From NCBI GenBank assembly GCA_913061285.1, contig CAJXVR010000003.1, positions 748 to 64,747 on the forward strand: a DNA stretch of 64,000 bases. Reading direction: 5' to 3'. Position 1 is the first letter of the stretch; every line of letters begins with the position of its first letter. Below the pieces are notes generated by a model. The model saw nothing but the letters and a program-made list of their open reading frames with translations. It made no database searches and was not told where the DNA came from. Made by a program: the position numbers and the translations under genes. Source of the stretch: an uncultured Verrucomicrobiota bacterium. GTDB lineage: Bacteria > Verrucomicrobiota > Verrucomicrobiia > Limisphaerales > AAA164-E04. Shown here in pieces: positions 51,219-61,548 of this stretch.

Positions 51219-51513
51219 CTGCAAAGCCTTGGCATCTTTCGGTAGCGCGATCAAAAAAGAGAGCATTGGAAATTCCCCGACTCTAGGAGACTGGGGGCTT
51301 ATCTTCAGGGTCATTCCTTAAATCTTCATCAAACTAAGGATCCAGTCATCTTCCAATCGTGCCTCAAATCGAGGAGGAATAAAATTGTGGCTTGAGGGCT
51401 GGTGCTAACGGGTTCCCTCGGGCGGAGACTACAAGCGTGGAATGTAGCGAAATGGTGGGATTAACCACTATTCCAGAACTTCGATAGGAATGCTTCAGAG
51501 ATGAGGTGTTGAG

Positions 51514-52353
51514 TCAGAACTTGATGCTGCTCAGCTCGCCCATTGCGGTCAAGCTGAGCTGATTGAGTTCAGCGGTTTTGCCTTCGGTGTACAACTGTTG
51601 AACTGTGACGCCGAACGTTTCAGCGAAGATCCGTTTCCAAGTGTGGTTTGCTGGACCTTTTTTCCAAAAATCGATCATTCGCTGAAAACCCACTTCACGG
51701 CAGGCAAAGAGGACCATTGCCGTCGACGTACCATAGTTCACTTCCGCGTTATCATAGTGCTCCATCTTGGGGCCAAAATCTTCGACCTTGGCATGCCGGA
51801 GTTGGGCGGTTTGAAAGTAGTTTGAAACCTGCTCAAATTCGTTGAGATACATCGATTCAAGAACGGCTGCCGTGCCTTCAATTAGCCATTTAATCCGGAA
51901 CTCCTCATTCATTTTTGGAGTCCAGAAGCGCTGGTAAACGTGGAAGTATTCATGGGCGATCACCGATAGTCGATGAGGGTGATCCTGTTCGAGTTCGTTC
52001 AGATCGATCTCTAGCACCATGAGGGTTCGTTCGACGCCGTCTGGCTCTATTCGGGCACTGACGTATTGTCCGCGTTGAAGTGTTTGACCCTGGATCGTGG
52101 GTGCATCATCAGAGGAAGGCCAGGCAGTGATATCGATATCAAAGAAGCCAAGGTGGGGTGTTAGATTACCCATCACGCGACGGAAATCAGCGAGCCATTT
52201 ATCAGGGGCTTTGGAAAAATATTCCACGGCGCAGGGATGCTGGCATCGCTTCAAAGAGGACCCGGCTCGAGCGTGAGTGGCGATGCCTCGTTCCGTGAAC
52301 CAGAGCGTTGTGATGAAGAGCAACATCGTGGCGTAGCGACACCTGAAAAACAT
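51514..52353 (-). CDS. Putative secreted zinc metallopeptidase (gluzincin-like)
   Basis: IAHEYFHVYQ followed by WLIEGTA. Confidence 0.7.
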   Translation of the reverse strand: MFFRCRYATMLLFITTLWFTERGIATHARAGSSLKRCQHPCAVEYFSKAPDKWLADFRRVMGNLTPHLGFFDIDITAWPSSDDAPTIQGQTLQRGQYVSARIEPDGVERTLMVLEIDLNELEQDHPHRLSVIAHEYFHVYQRFWTPKMNEEFRIKWLIEGTAAVLESMYLNEFEQVSNYFQTAQLRHAKVEDFGPKMEHYDNAEVNYGTSTAMVLFACREVGFQRMIDFWKKGPANHTWKRIFAETFGVTVQQLYTEGKTAELNQLSLTAMGELSSIKF

Positions 52354-52483
52354 TCGATCTATCTACTCGATTGAACATCGCGAGGCAAGTGTCTCAGATT
52401 CTCTAAGACTCGGTCGTCGATTCGGTATTTCGATAAAGTGGCTCCGGCATCCTGTCGAACTTCCCCTATCGGAGTCGTCTCCT

Positions 52484-52763
52484 TCACTGCTGCTGTTGAT
52501 TTATTTTGTCGACTGGGTCCGCAGAGGACGCCGGAAGTGTGGACTGGGAAACTTGCCTTGGAGCCAGCGGGCGACCTTCATGCGTTGAAGGGCGGAGCGA
52601 GGTGATTTCACCAGTGTGTCCGTTGCAAACCACGCCCTCTAGGTCCTGAATGGTTGCGAGTTCGCGAAGGTGTTGAATGAGTCCGGCTTCATTGATGGAT
52701 TCGTCATCGAGAAAGGGGTAGAGGGTGGCAGTGAAAACGCCGTCCCAAGGGTGGAAATTCCAT
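52484..52763 (-). pseudogene. Fragment of a dihydrodipicolinate synthase/N-acetylneuraminate lyase family gene
   Basis: Manual translation WDGVFTATLYPFLDDESINEAGLIQHLRELATIQDLEGVVCNGHTGEITSL; the nearest ATG is out of frame and the similarity stops after about 50 aa. Confidence 0.7.
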
Positions 52764-53518
52764 TCAGTCGCAAGGTCTAAATCGAGCCTTGATCAGTGAA
52801 CGGAAAGCAAGCGAGGTTTCTCATCATGAGCCAGGCGCCGTTGAAAAAGGGCTGTCAGTGGTTTTTGGATGCGAGTCGCTGAATGTGATTCGAAGTCTAT
52901 TGCTACGTTTCACAGAGACCGAAGAATCTCGCTTCTACGAGTTGAAAACAAATCGTCCGTTGTTTCACGCCAAGGGTGCCCGACTGATTGTGAATGCCGA
53001 ACCGTGGCGATTGCTCGATGGGAATCTGTCAATCGATGAGGATCAGAACACGGTGAGTTACGACACATTCAAGATTGGTGCCCAAGCGATCCCAGAGTTG
53101 GATCACGAGTATCATCGAGCGCGAATGGAAGATGCCGGGATTTTGCGCCGGTTCGTCGATTCAGTATGGCCCCTCGAGGTGGCTGGGTGCAGTCGGGAGA
53201 AATTGGACAACACACTCGTGTCGTGAGTCTTGCTCCCGGGAAAATAAGATTCTCCAACGTTTTCGGTGGAATAAAAACCCAATGGCGATCTGCCGTCGTA
53301 GATCAGGCGAGGCTCCCAGAGAGCCATTGGACAATGAAACCCAAGCATGCAGGACGGGTAAAGGCATCCCGTTTTTCTGCTCGAATGCCTCTGGGCTAGA
53401 ACGGCTCGCGGTACGCTCGCCCCACCTCGGTTAAACTCCTTGTTCATTCGCTTTGATCATGGGCTTCCAAACGAATCCACTCATTTCGTTGAGGAACCAG
53501 ACGGCAAGGCCGATCCGA

Positions 53519-54619
53519 GGTTCTTGATCAAAGATTGGGGATTGGGCCTAAAAGGCCAAGAATTCCCAGGTAGATGAAATCAAGAGATATTGGATTGTTC
53601 GGATATCGGATTAGGAGTGTTGAACGAAAGAATGATGTTGAGATTAAGGCTGCCTATTGTACACGGCCAGGCTCTTGTCCGCGATGTGCCTCTAAAAGGA
53701 TCGTGAGTAAGGGCCCTTACTCACGATCGCTGCGTCATTTGGATAGCTTTGGGCTGCGATCGCGGATTGAGATCCAACTGCGACGTTGGCAATGCAAGGA
53801 CTGCCAACGCTCCTTTGTTCCTTCACTGCCGGGAGTCGGACGAGGTAATCACTCAACCGAACCTTTTAGGAGAAAGGTCTATCAGGACCATCATGATGGG
53901 ATCTGCGCTTCTCTGCTGGCTCGACGAGAAGGGATTGGGCACGCCAGCATTGGTAGGATTTATGCCCAGTTCACTTATTTAAAAGCTCAGGAAAGGAAGA
54001 ACCAAACTTGCCCGGCAGTGATCGGCATCGACGAACATACTCTGCATCGGGGCCAACGCTTTGTGACGACCTTCTGTAATCTCAAGAACCGAAGGATCTT
54101 CGATGTGGTTGAAGGCAAGAGTCAGGCTGATTTGCAGGGGTTTTTGAGTGCTTTAAAGGGGCGGGAGAAGGTCAAAGTGGTTTGTATCGATCTCTGTTCT
54201 TCCTATCGCCAGCTCATCCGAAAATGGTTTCCCAATGCGAAGATCGTTGCCGATCGCTTTCATGTCGTTCGCATTGTCCAATACCATTTCCTGAGCTTTT
54301 GCAGGGCTTTGGTGCCTGAATTGAAGAACCGCCGGGGGCTGATGGTTGTTTGAGAAAGAATCCAGAGAATCTGACAGAGAAAGACAAACCGCGATTGGAG
54401 TCGTTCCTGGTGAAACAGCCAGCGATTAGAGAGCTTTATAAGAAGCAACTGGAACTCAGGGCCTTATTGAAACTCAAAACGCTTCGGAAAGAATCAGTGA
54501 TCCAACGAATTCCTGAATGGCTTTCAATGACAGCGGAATTAAAAGCCTGTCCCTTAGAGGCATTCCTACGCCTCCAAACGGGATGCGCTCCGCTCTATGA
54601 TGGATCAGATGTTGCATGA
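53519..54619 (+). mobile_element. ISL3-family element remnant with frameshifted, 3'-truncated transposase (53574-54353 + 54350-54619)
   Basis: CPRC..CKDC zinc finger, IGIDE, VCIDL..Y, IVADRFHVV; left end GGTTCTTGATCAAAGATTGGGG at 53519; stop/frameshift at about 54345-54353. Confidence 0.85.
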
Positions 54620-54681
54620 TCGGTTGCGACGGATGGCTTTGAGACCAGCAGATAAAAACTCCATTGAACAGGGGCATTGAA

Positions 54682-56160
54682 ATGGCGATGAAACAGATTC
54701 TCCTTCAGCTCTCGGTTTTTGTGAACCTCGCTGTTTCTGCGGGCGCACCCAACATCTTGCTCATCGTTTCGGAAGATAATGGACCAGAGCTCGGTTGTTA
54801 TGGTGATCCGTATGCACGTACTCCGCACCTTGACCGACTGGCAAGTGAGGGGATTCGATTCGATCGCGCCTTCGTTCCCCAGGCAGGGTGCAGTCAAAGC
54901 CGGGCGAGTTTACTGACGGGGTTGTATCCGCATCAGCACGGTCAGATCGGCTTGGCGACTTGGAACTTTCGTCTCTATCGCGACGACATGCCAAACCTGC
55001 CTCGAAGTTTGAAGGCATCGGGTTATCGTACTGGCATCATAGGGAAACTGCATGTCAACCCAGCGGCGGCCTTTCCCTTCGACTCCCACAAGATTACTAG
55101 TGCGAATTTCAAGAGGGAGAACCTATCGGACTACGCCAAATTTGCATCTGAATTCATCAACTTAGGTGAGGAGCCATTCTTTCTGAGTGTGAACTATCCC
55201 GATCCGCACGATCCTTGGCTGCGTCAAGTAGATGGACTGCCAAAGCACCCGCAAACCGGTGTGGATGTGAGGGCGATGCCGTTCATGGGGATCGATCCCT
55301 CCGCTTGGCGTGAGATGATCGCGGATTACTACAATTGTATCAGTCGTATGGATACCTTGGTCGGGGATCTCTTAAGCGTGCTAGAGGAATCTGGTAAGGC
55401 GGAAGATACGATCGTCATTTACCTCGGCGATCATGGCGCGGATATGTTGCGTGCCAAGCGAACTTGCTACGAAGGAGGAATGCGGATTCCTCTCTTGGTA
55501 CGTTGGCCGGGACGCATTGAGGCGCAAGTACGAGATGAATTCGTGTCCACGATTGACCTGATGCCGACGCTCTTGGCGGCCGCCGATGCGGCACCTGTGG
55601 CTGGTTTGCCAGGACGAAAGTGGCAAGCGCTCTTCAAACCAGGCTCCGTTGAATGGCGGTCCCATTTGTTTACTGAATATCATATGCACGCCGCCAGTAA
55701 TTTTTTCCCTCAACGTGCCGTGCGTAGTGAGCGTTTCAAACTCATCGAAAACCTCTTTCCCGACGAAGTGCATCCGGACGATGAAGCGACGCTCAGGAAG
55801 ATGGTGGGTGAAGTGAAAATTAGTTCGCCAGGTGTGACTGTTGACTACCACCGTGTCATCGCGGAGGCCGCCGTAGAGATTCGGGACGCCTATGGACGCA
55901 TGCGACAGCCTCCACGCTTTGAGCTTTATGATTTGAAAAACGATCCTTATGAATTCAATAATCTCGCTGAAGCGAAAACGTATGAAGTGGAGCTTAGGGA
56001 GCTCCAGCAACGCTTAGACAATTGGCGAAGGCAGACCGAGGAACCCTTGATGAACGAGGCAGTTCTCCATCGGCTAAGCGCTGAGGTGCGAAGTGTGAAA
56101 ACTAAGAAAGAATCGAAAGCGAGGGCTTGGCAGTATCCCGGGTACTTCTTTGGTGATTGA
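54682..56160 (+). CDS. Sulfatase (sulfamidase/N-sulfatase-like)
   Basis: PNILLIVSEDNG, CSQSR, GKLHV, DPHDP, GDHG, K..CYEGG.RIP, ELYDL..DPYE. Confidence 0.9.
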   Translation: MAMKQILLQLSVFVNLAVSAGAPNILLIVSEDNGPELGCYGDPYARTPHLDRLASEGIRFDRAFVPQAGCSQSRASLLTGLYPHQHGQIGLATWNFRLYRDDMPNLPRSLKASGYRTGIIGKLHVNPAAAFPFDSHKITSANFKRENLSDYAKFASEFINLGEEPFFLSVNYPDPHDPWLRQVDGLPKHPQTGVDVRAMPFMGIDPSAWREMIADYYNCISRMDTLVGDLLSVLEESGKAEDTIVIYLGDHGADMLRAKRTCYEGGMRIPLLVRWPGRIEAQVRDEFVSTIDLMPTLLAAADAAPVAGLPGRKWQALFKPGSVEWRSHLFTEYHMHAASNFFPQRAVRSERFKLIENLFPDEVHPDDEATLRKMVGEVKISSPGVTVDYHRVIAEAAVEIRDAYGRMRQPPRFELYDLKNDPYEFNNLAEAKTYEVELRELQQRLDNWRRQTEEPLMNEAVLHRLSAEVRSVKTKKESKARAWQYPGYFFGD

Positions 56161-56261
56161 ATGAATGAAGAGTAGACGGGCGGGATGTGGGGGGCAGTTT
56201 GGCTTGGATTCGTTAGAGTGATGCCGCGCTTCTGTTCGCTTGGGAAAAGTTAGAATAGAAA

Positions 56262-57722
56262 ATGAATACGCTACCATTGATACGTTGCTTGTTGGTTTGT
56301 GTGGGGCTTCATATTGCCTTGCCGCTCGCGTCGCAGTCTTCTGAGTTTCGCCCGATGAACATCGTCCTTTTCCTGATTGACGATCTAGGTTGGATGGACC
56401 TTGGCTGTCAAGGAAGCAACTATTACAAGACGCCGAATATCGATCGTTTGGCTCAAGAAGGGGCACGATTCACCGACGCCTATGCTGCCTGCGCGGTATG
56501 TTCGCCGACGCGGGCTGCCGTTCTCACTGGAAAATACCCGGCTCGCTTGATGCTGACGGATTGGCTGCCATCGGGGCGATGGAATCCCAAGGCGAAACTG
56601 CGAGAGGGTCGTCGTGTCCGTGCCTTACCCTTGGAGGAGTATACCTTGGCGGAAGCGCTGCGGGATGCCGGATACCACACCGCGAGTATCGGAAAGTGGC
56701 ATCTTGGCAGTGAACCTTTTTCCTTGCCGCAGCATCATGGCTTCGACCTCAATGTTGCAGGCAATGGACACGGTGCTCCCGGGAATTACTTCTTCCCCTA
56801 TAACGGCAACTGGCTGGTCCCTACGACTGGCTTGCGGGTCAAGTGGAACACACTTCCCGATGGCAAATCTGGTGAGTATTTGACCGATCGTTTAACGGAC
56901 GAAGCCCTTACGTTTTTACGTGGCTGCAAAGACGAGCCCTTCTTCCTCTACTTTCCACACTACGGTGTTCACACTCCGCTCCAGGCAAAAAAGGAGATGA
57001 TTGCCCGCTATGAGCGCATTCCGGAGGAACAACGCCAAGGAGATCCCATTTATGCTGCCATGATTGAAAGCATAGATCTGAGCGTTGGTCGGGTGTTAGC
57101 GACGCTGAAGGACATGCAGGTGGACGAAAATACGGTGATTATTTTTACTTCGGACAACGGAGGCTTTTACAAGGCTACCAACAACGCCCCGCTGCGGGCG
57201 AACAAAGGCGCCTATTACGAAGGCGGCATTCGCGTGCCATTGATCGTTAAATGGGCCGGAGTGACAGAACCAGGCTCGGTCATCAGTGAGCCGGTCACTA
57301 GTTCTGATCTATACCCCACATGTCTTGCAGCCGCCGGTCAGCCCTTGATTCCTAGTCAACATCAAGATGGATTGAGCCTCTTACCCTTGCTCCAGGGGGA
57401 AGCGAGCTTGTCTCGGAACGCTCTTTTCTGGCATTTTCCTCATTACAACCAACATCCTTCGAGCTTCCCATCCAGCGTGATTCGAAGTGGCCCCTGGAAA
57501 CTGATCGAGACGTTTGATCCTGAAGGCGTGGAACTTTACAATCTGGATGAAGACCTTGGTGAAACGAAAAACCTCGCTGTCCAACGTCCTGAGCTTGTCA
57601 AAGGCCTGCGCAGTCGGCTTGAGAATTGGCGTGGAGGAGTGAGGGCGCAGATGATGGAGCCGAATCCCGATTACGATCCTAGCGTGACCCTGATCAAGAA
57701 GGGAAAGAAGAAGTCGAAATGA
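56262..57722 (+). CDS. Sulfatase (S1 family)
   Basis: NIVLFLIDDLG, CSPTR, GKWHLG, SDNGG, KG..YEGGIRVP. Confidence 0.93.
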   Translation: MNTLPLIRCLLVCVGLHIALPLASQSSEFRPMNIVLFLIDDLGWMDLGCQGSNYYKTPNIDRLAQEGARFTDAYAACAVCSPTRAAVLTGKYPARLMLTDWLPSGRWNPKAKLREGRRVRALPLEEYTLAEALRDAGYHTASIGKWHLGSEPFSLPQHHGFDLNVAGNGHGAPGNYFFPYNGNWLVPTTGLRVKWNTLPDGKSGEYLTDRLTDEALTFLRGCKDEPFFLYFPHYGVHTPLQAKKEMIARYERIPEEQRQGDPIYAAMIESIDLSVGRVLATLKDMQVDENTVIIFTSDNGGFYKATNNAPLRANKGAYYEGGIRVPLIVKWAGVTEPGSVISEPVTSSDLYPTCLAAAGQPLIPSQHQDGLSLLPLLQGEASLSRNALFWHFPHYNQHPSSFPSSVIRSGPWKLIETFDPEGVELYNLDEDLGETKNLAVQRPELVKGLRSRLENWRGGVRAQMMEPNPDYDPSVTLIKKGKKKSK

Positions 57723-59224
57723 AGCCGGCATTGTTCTTTTCGTTTCTCTTTCTGTTCTACGGTGTGCTGTTCGCGGTAGAGCCGGGCGGCCCGTCTCAGA
57801 CGCATCGGACGGTGACGAAGCCAGGCAGTTCGAGACCGAACGTTCTGATGATCATTGTCGATGATATGAACGATTGGGTTGGCTGTCTTGGGGGGTATCC
57901 AAATGTTCAAACACCTAATATCGATCGATTGGCGAAGCGAGGGATGCTATTCACAAACGCTCATGTGCCGTCGCCGGTCTGTAATCCGTCTCGGGTGGCT
58001 GTGATGACCGGGCAGCTTCCTTCTTCAACGGGAATCTACGACAACAAGCCCGTCTGGTATCAATGGATGCCGGAAGTCGTTTCGATTCCGGGTCATTTTA
58101 GGGCTGCGGGTTATCATGTGCTGGGTGGCGGCAAGGTTTATCACCACATGCCGGGCTTCAATCGCCATGCCGACTGGCATGCTTACTTTGATCAAAAGTT
58201 TGATGGACACTACCAGAATCAACTCTCTCGTGGCTTGGATGTGAGGGGCTTTCAGTGGGCCGGTTCGTATCCACTTAACGGATTGGAGTCGGTGAAGGCA
58301 TTGAGCCAACCTCCGAAGAATCCGCGTGAGTTTGATTGGGGTGCGCTCGACAAGCCCGAACACGAGACGGGGGACGGCCAGTTAGTTGAGTGGGCGGCAA
58401 GATTTTTGGCTGAGCCAAGCGAAACGCCGTTCTTTCTCGCTGCAGGCATCTATCGTCCGCACTTGCCGTTCTATGCTCCGCGAAAGTTTTTCGAGATGTA
58501 TCCCTTGGAGGAAATTGCCTTGCCGGCGGTGAAATCAGACGATCTCGAGGATCTCCCTCCAGCGGGAAAAGCGATGGCAGCGGGCCGTGCTGCTGACTAC
58601 GAATTGGTTCGGCGATCCGGAAAATATCGAGAGCTTCTCCAGGCTTACCTCGCCAGTGTTTCCTTTGCTGATGCCATGGTAGGCCGCCTGCTTGATGCGC
58701 TAGATTCGAGTCCGGCAGTAGATAACACGATTATCGTTTTCTGGTCCGATCACGGGTGGCATCTCGGTGAAAAGCAACGCCTACACAAGATGTCCCTCTG
58801 GGAACGATCAACGCGAGTCCCATTGATCGTGGTGGCCCCTGGCGTAGCGGCAGTGGGCGAGCGATGCGACCAGCCAATCGGAGCGATCGACATTTTTCCA
58901 ACCTTGAACCAGCTCTGCGGGCTATCGACTGTCAGCGAACTCGACGGTCAAAGTCTGGTGCCTTTACTGAGACAAACGACTGTCGAATGGTATCGGCCAA
59001 CGCTAACAAGCTACGGTTTTGGTAATCACGCTCTTCGTTCCCAACGTTGGCGCTATATTCGTTATGCGAACGGCGATGAGGAACTCTATGACCATGCCAA
59101 TGATCAGCATGAGTGGACAAACCTTGCAGCGGACGCCCGGTTCGATACCGTCAAATCTGAAATGGCACGATGGCTGCCAAAAGAGAATGCTGAACCTTTG
59201 AAAAGAAAGAAACCAGGACCATGA
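57719..59224 (+). CDS. Sulfatase (iduronate-2-/choline-sulfatase-like)
   Basis: PNVLMIIVDDMN, CNPSR, GKVYH, RPHLP, SDHGWHLGEK; ATGA overlap. Confidence 0.92.
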   Translation: MKPALFFSFLFLFYGVLFAVEPGGPSQTHRTVTKPGSSRPNVLMIIVDDMNDWVGCLGGYPNVQTPNIDRLAKRGMLFTNAHVPSPVCNPSRVAVMTGQLPSSTGIYDNKPVWYQWMPEVVSIPGHFRAAGYHVLGGGKVYHHMPGFNRHADWHAYFDQKFDGHYQNQLSRGLDVRGFQWAGSYPLNGLESVKALSQPPKNPREFDWGALDKPEHETGDGQLVEWAARFLAEPSETPFFLAAGIYRPHLPFYAPRKFFEMYPLEEIALPAVKSDDLEDLPPAGKAMAAGRAADYELVRRSGKYRELLQAYLASVSFADAMVGRLLDALDSSPAVDNTIIVFWSDHGWHLGEKQRLHKMSLWERSTRVPLIVVAPGVAAVGERCDQPIGAIDIFPTLNQLCGLSTVSELDGQSLVPLLRQTTVEWYRPTLTSYGFGNHALRSQRWRYIRYANGDEELYDHANDQHEWTNLAADARFDTVKSEMARWLPKENAEPLKRKKPGP

Positions 59225-60390
59225 GAAGCATGTTTCTCGCTAGTATGTTTCTGTGTGCTGGAATAAGCCAAGCTCAGGAGCACGTGTATGAAGGGGATGT
59301 CACTGATTATCGTGTCATTCGTCGGGTGGAACAGCATTCTCAATCTTGGCGTATCTGGCAGCCATTCATCGTTCAGGGTGACAAGCGCGGACATCTCATC
59401 GTGGCCTATGGGGCGATGCGGAATGGCAAAAAGGACATGGGCGATATTTTTGTCACGCTCTCGAATAACGATGGTGAGACTTGGGAGGAAGCTGTGCCGG
59501 TCTTTGATCACACGCTGAGGAAGGGCGGAATGCAGTTTGCCTATGCAAACCCCGTGCTGTATCGGCCTCCCGGTCAAGAAGTGGTCTGGTGCTACGCCAT
59601 GCGTTGCTCCATTGCACAGCGCAATAGTGAAGAATCTCATCTTGTCGGAGCCTTTAGCTCAGATTGGGGACGGACTTGGACGTCGGTCGAGTTGGGTATG
59701 CATTATACTGGTCCCCTTATTCTCAATGCCAGTATTGTGGCAACTGAAATCGCTGGAGTGAGAAAATATCTTCTCCCTGCGCACCGTAACACGCTGGCCT
59801 CGGATCCGCGTGGTTCTCGAGATCACTTTATCCTCAGTAGTACAAGTTTGTTGGAATGGAAGCTCGAAGCCTATATCCCGCAGCCCACCCAGGCGCGAGT
59901 CTTCCTGCACGAGGGGAACATCGGGCTGGGGGACCGAGAGGGAGAACTCAAGATTGTGATGCGCACGGCTGACTACGATGAAACCAACAAAACGACCGAT
60001 CCGCCGCGGGCCTATTCGAGTGTCAGCGAGGACGGGGGGCGAACATGGAGTGTAGCGAGATCCGAACCCGAGTTACACAATGCCAAATCCAAGGGATACT
60101 TTTCCCATACCGAAGATGGGGGGCACATTTACGTTTATAGTGACGGCCCCGCGCAACGCGACACTGCGCCCGGTTTCCCTAATGGCGGTCGCACTTCATT
60201 ACGCTATAAGATTAAGCCGAGCGCAGGCGGATGGAGCGAGGAAAAGACCTTTTTCCATGCGGGTATTAAGAATTCCTATCCCACGCTGGTCGAAGTGGCG
60301 CCCGGCGATTTTCGCTGCGTCTGGGACAGCGGGACGGCTAAGCGTTCGCGTACGCATATCTCGTTTGGGAAATTGAATATCACTCCCTAG
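59221..60390 (+). CDS. Sialidase-family (BNR/Asp-box) beta-propeller hydrolase
   Basis: Signal peptide; Asp-boxes SNNDGETW, SSDWGRTW, SEDGGRTW; C-terminal SYP; ATGA overlap. Confidence 0.82.
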   Translation: MRSMFLASMFLCAGISQAQEHVYEGDVTDYRVIRRVEQHSQSWRIWQPFIVQGDKRGHLIVAYGAMRNGKKDMGDIFVTLSNNDGETWEEAVPVFDHTLRKGGMQFAYANPVLYRPPGQEVVWCYAMRCSIAQRNSEESHLVGAFSSDWGRTWTSVELGMHYTGPLILNASIVATEIAGVRKYLLPAHRNTLASDPRGSRDHFILSSTSLLEWKLEAYIPQPTQARVFLHEGNIGLGDREGELKIVMRTADYDETNKTTDPPRAYSSVSEDGGRTWSVARSEPELHNAKSKGYFSHTEDGGHIYVYSDGPAQRDTAPGFPNGGRTSLRYKIKPSAGGWSEEKTFFHAGIKNSYPTLVEVAPGDFRCVWDSGTAKRSRTHISFGKLNITP

Positions 60391-60543
60391 ATCGCATCTT
60401 GTCGAAACACTGGATTCGCTTCGCTTGACGATCTCTTGACCCCTTTTTCAACCTTTGACGCCAGGAATATCTGAGCACCAGTGATCCATATGGCTAACTG
60501 AAGGCTCGTCAAAGAAATACAGATTGAACAAGAGGAGAAAACG

Positions 60544-60759
60544 ATGAGTACAAAGTGTGGAGAGAAATTCGATGTTTCCGGAACAGGAACGAGTAGGGAA
60601 GCGGCCAAGAATAAAGCCCACGAGAACGCCAGTAACTTCTGCCGAAAAACTCTCCCTAGTTGCCCACGTGCAGAAGAAGCAGGTAAGGGACAGTTCAAGG
60701 ACAGTGGCGACGGAAACATTACCCATATTACCGAATACCGGTGCACGATCGAAGTGTAG
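60544..60759 (+). CDS. Small 71-aa Cys-containing protein of unknown function
   Basis: GAGGAG RBS 6 nt before the ATG; four Cys; V.G.G.S+EAA..A..A helix motif. Confidence 0.6.
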   Translation: MSTKCGEKFDVSGTGTSREAAKNKAHENASNFCRKTLPSCPRAEEAGKGQFKDSGDGNITHITEYRCTIEV

Positions 60760-60868
60760 AGCGGTTCCTTTCAAGTCGGCGTATCCAAATTGAATTGAAG
60801 GAGATGCGTAGACTGGTCTCCCTAATCAAACCAGAGGGATCCGCAATCTAGCCTTGCCAAAAAACGAA

Positions 60869-60907
60869 CGTAGCGTGGTTTTGGCCGCATTGCCTAACCA
60901 CGCTACG
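60869..60907. repeat. GTAG-type REP-like palindrome
   Basis: CGTAGCGTGGTT-N15-AACCACGCTACG. Confidence 0.6.
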
Positions 60908-61214
60908 ATTCTTGCTGAATCCATGTTGAGTCTCTAATCGCCGTCCAAACACCGAACCTAACATTGACAGACAGGATAGACAGGATTGAGCGAGCTTTTA
61001 AGGTTCTCTTTAGTTGCGGGGTTTTGCGTAGCTGGGGATCACTACCTTTCCGGGGATTCGATGACCTTCAGTCCATCGATGTTCATCGGGAACATCCCGT
61101 AAGGTCCCATAAGTCGAATCGGGGTTGTAAGTCGTTGATAGATTGGGAGTTTTGTGAGGAGCGACGCGAGATTTCAGGGTGCCTGCTAATGCCGGATTGG
61201 GTAGGCTCTGAAGC

Positions 61215-61481
61215 ATGGATTCGCTACGTTTCATACTACTCTGTCTTGCTGGCTGGATCAATCGCCAGCAGCAGGACGCCATAGCCTATTTGCAAGAGGA
61301 GGTGACGGCCTTGAGGGAACAATTAGGTCCGAAACGCCCCAGATTCACCGATGCCCAACGTCGTCGACTTGCAGCCAGAGCTCGGAAACTTCTTTGGAGC
61401 AGTGGGCGCAGTTCTGGCGGCGCTAGCCAGTATAGATCGCTACTGGAGCTCGCTTTAGAAACCAAAACAAGCCAAGGGTAG
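61215..61481 (+). pseudogene. N-terminal fragment of an integrase-core (rve) transposase
   Basis: [38 protein letters not shown] is the recognisable N-terminus of PVC rve transposases; no DDE domain follows. Confidence 0.75.
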
Positions 61482-61548
61482 TTGATTGCCGTGGTTTCGA
61501 AAAACTGAATTCGCATCGAACGATGATGTTCTTGGGGCGATTATTAGG

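Noticed and set aside
52789..53434. 145-aa and 119-aa ORFs upstream of ISL3
   Set aside because: Weak starts and no assignable family; probably decayed fragments
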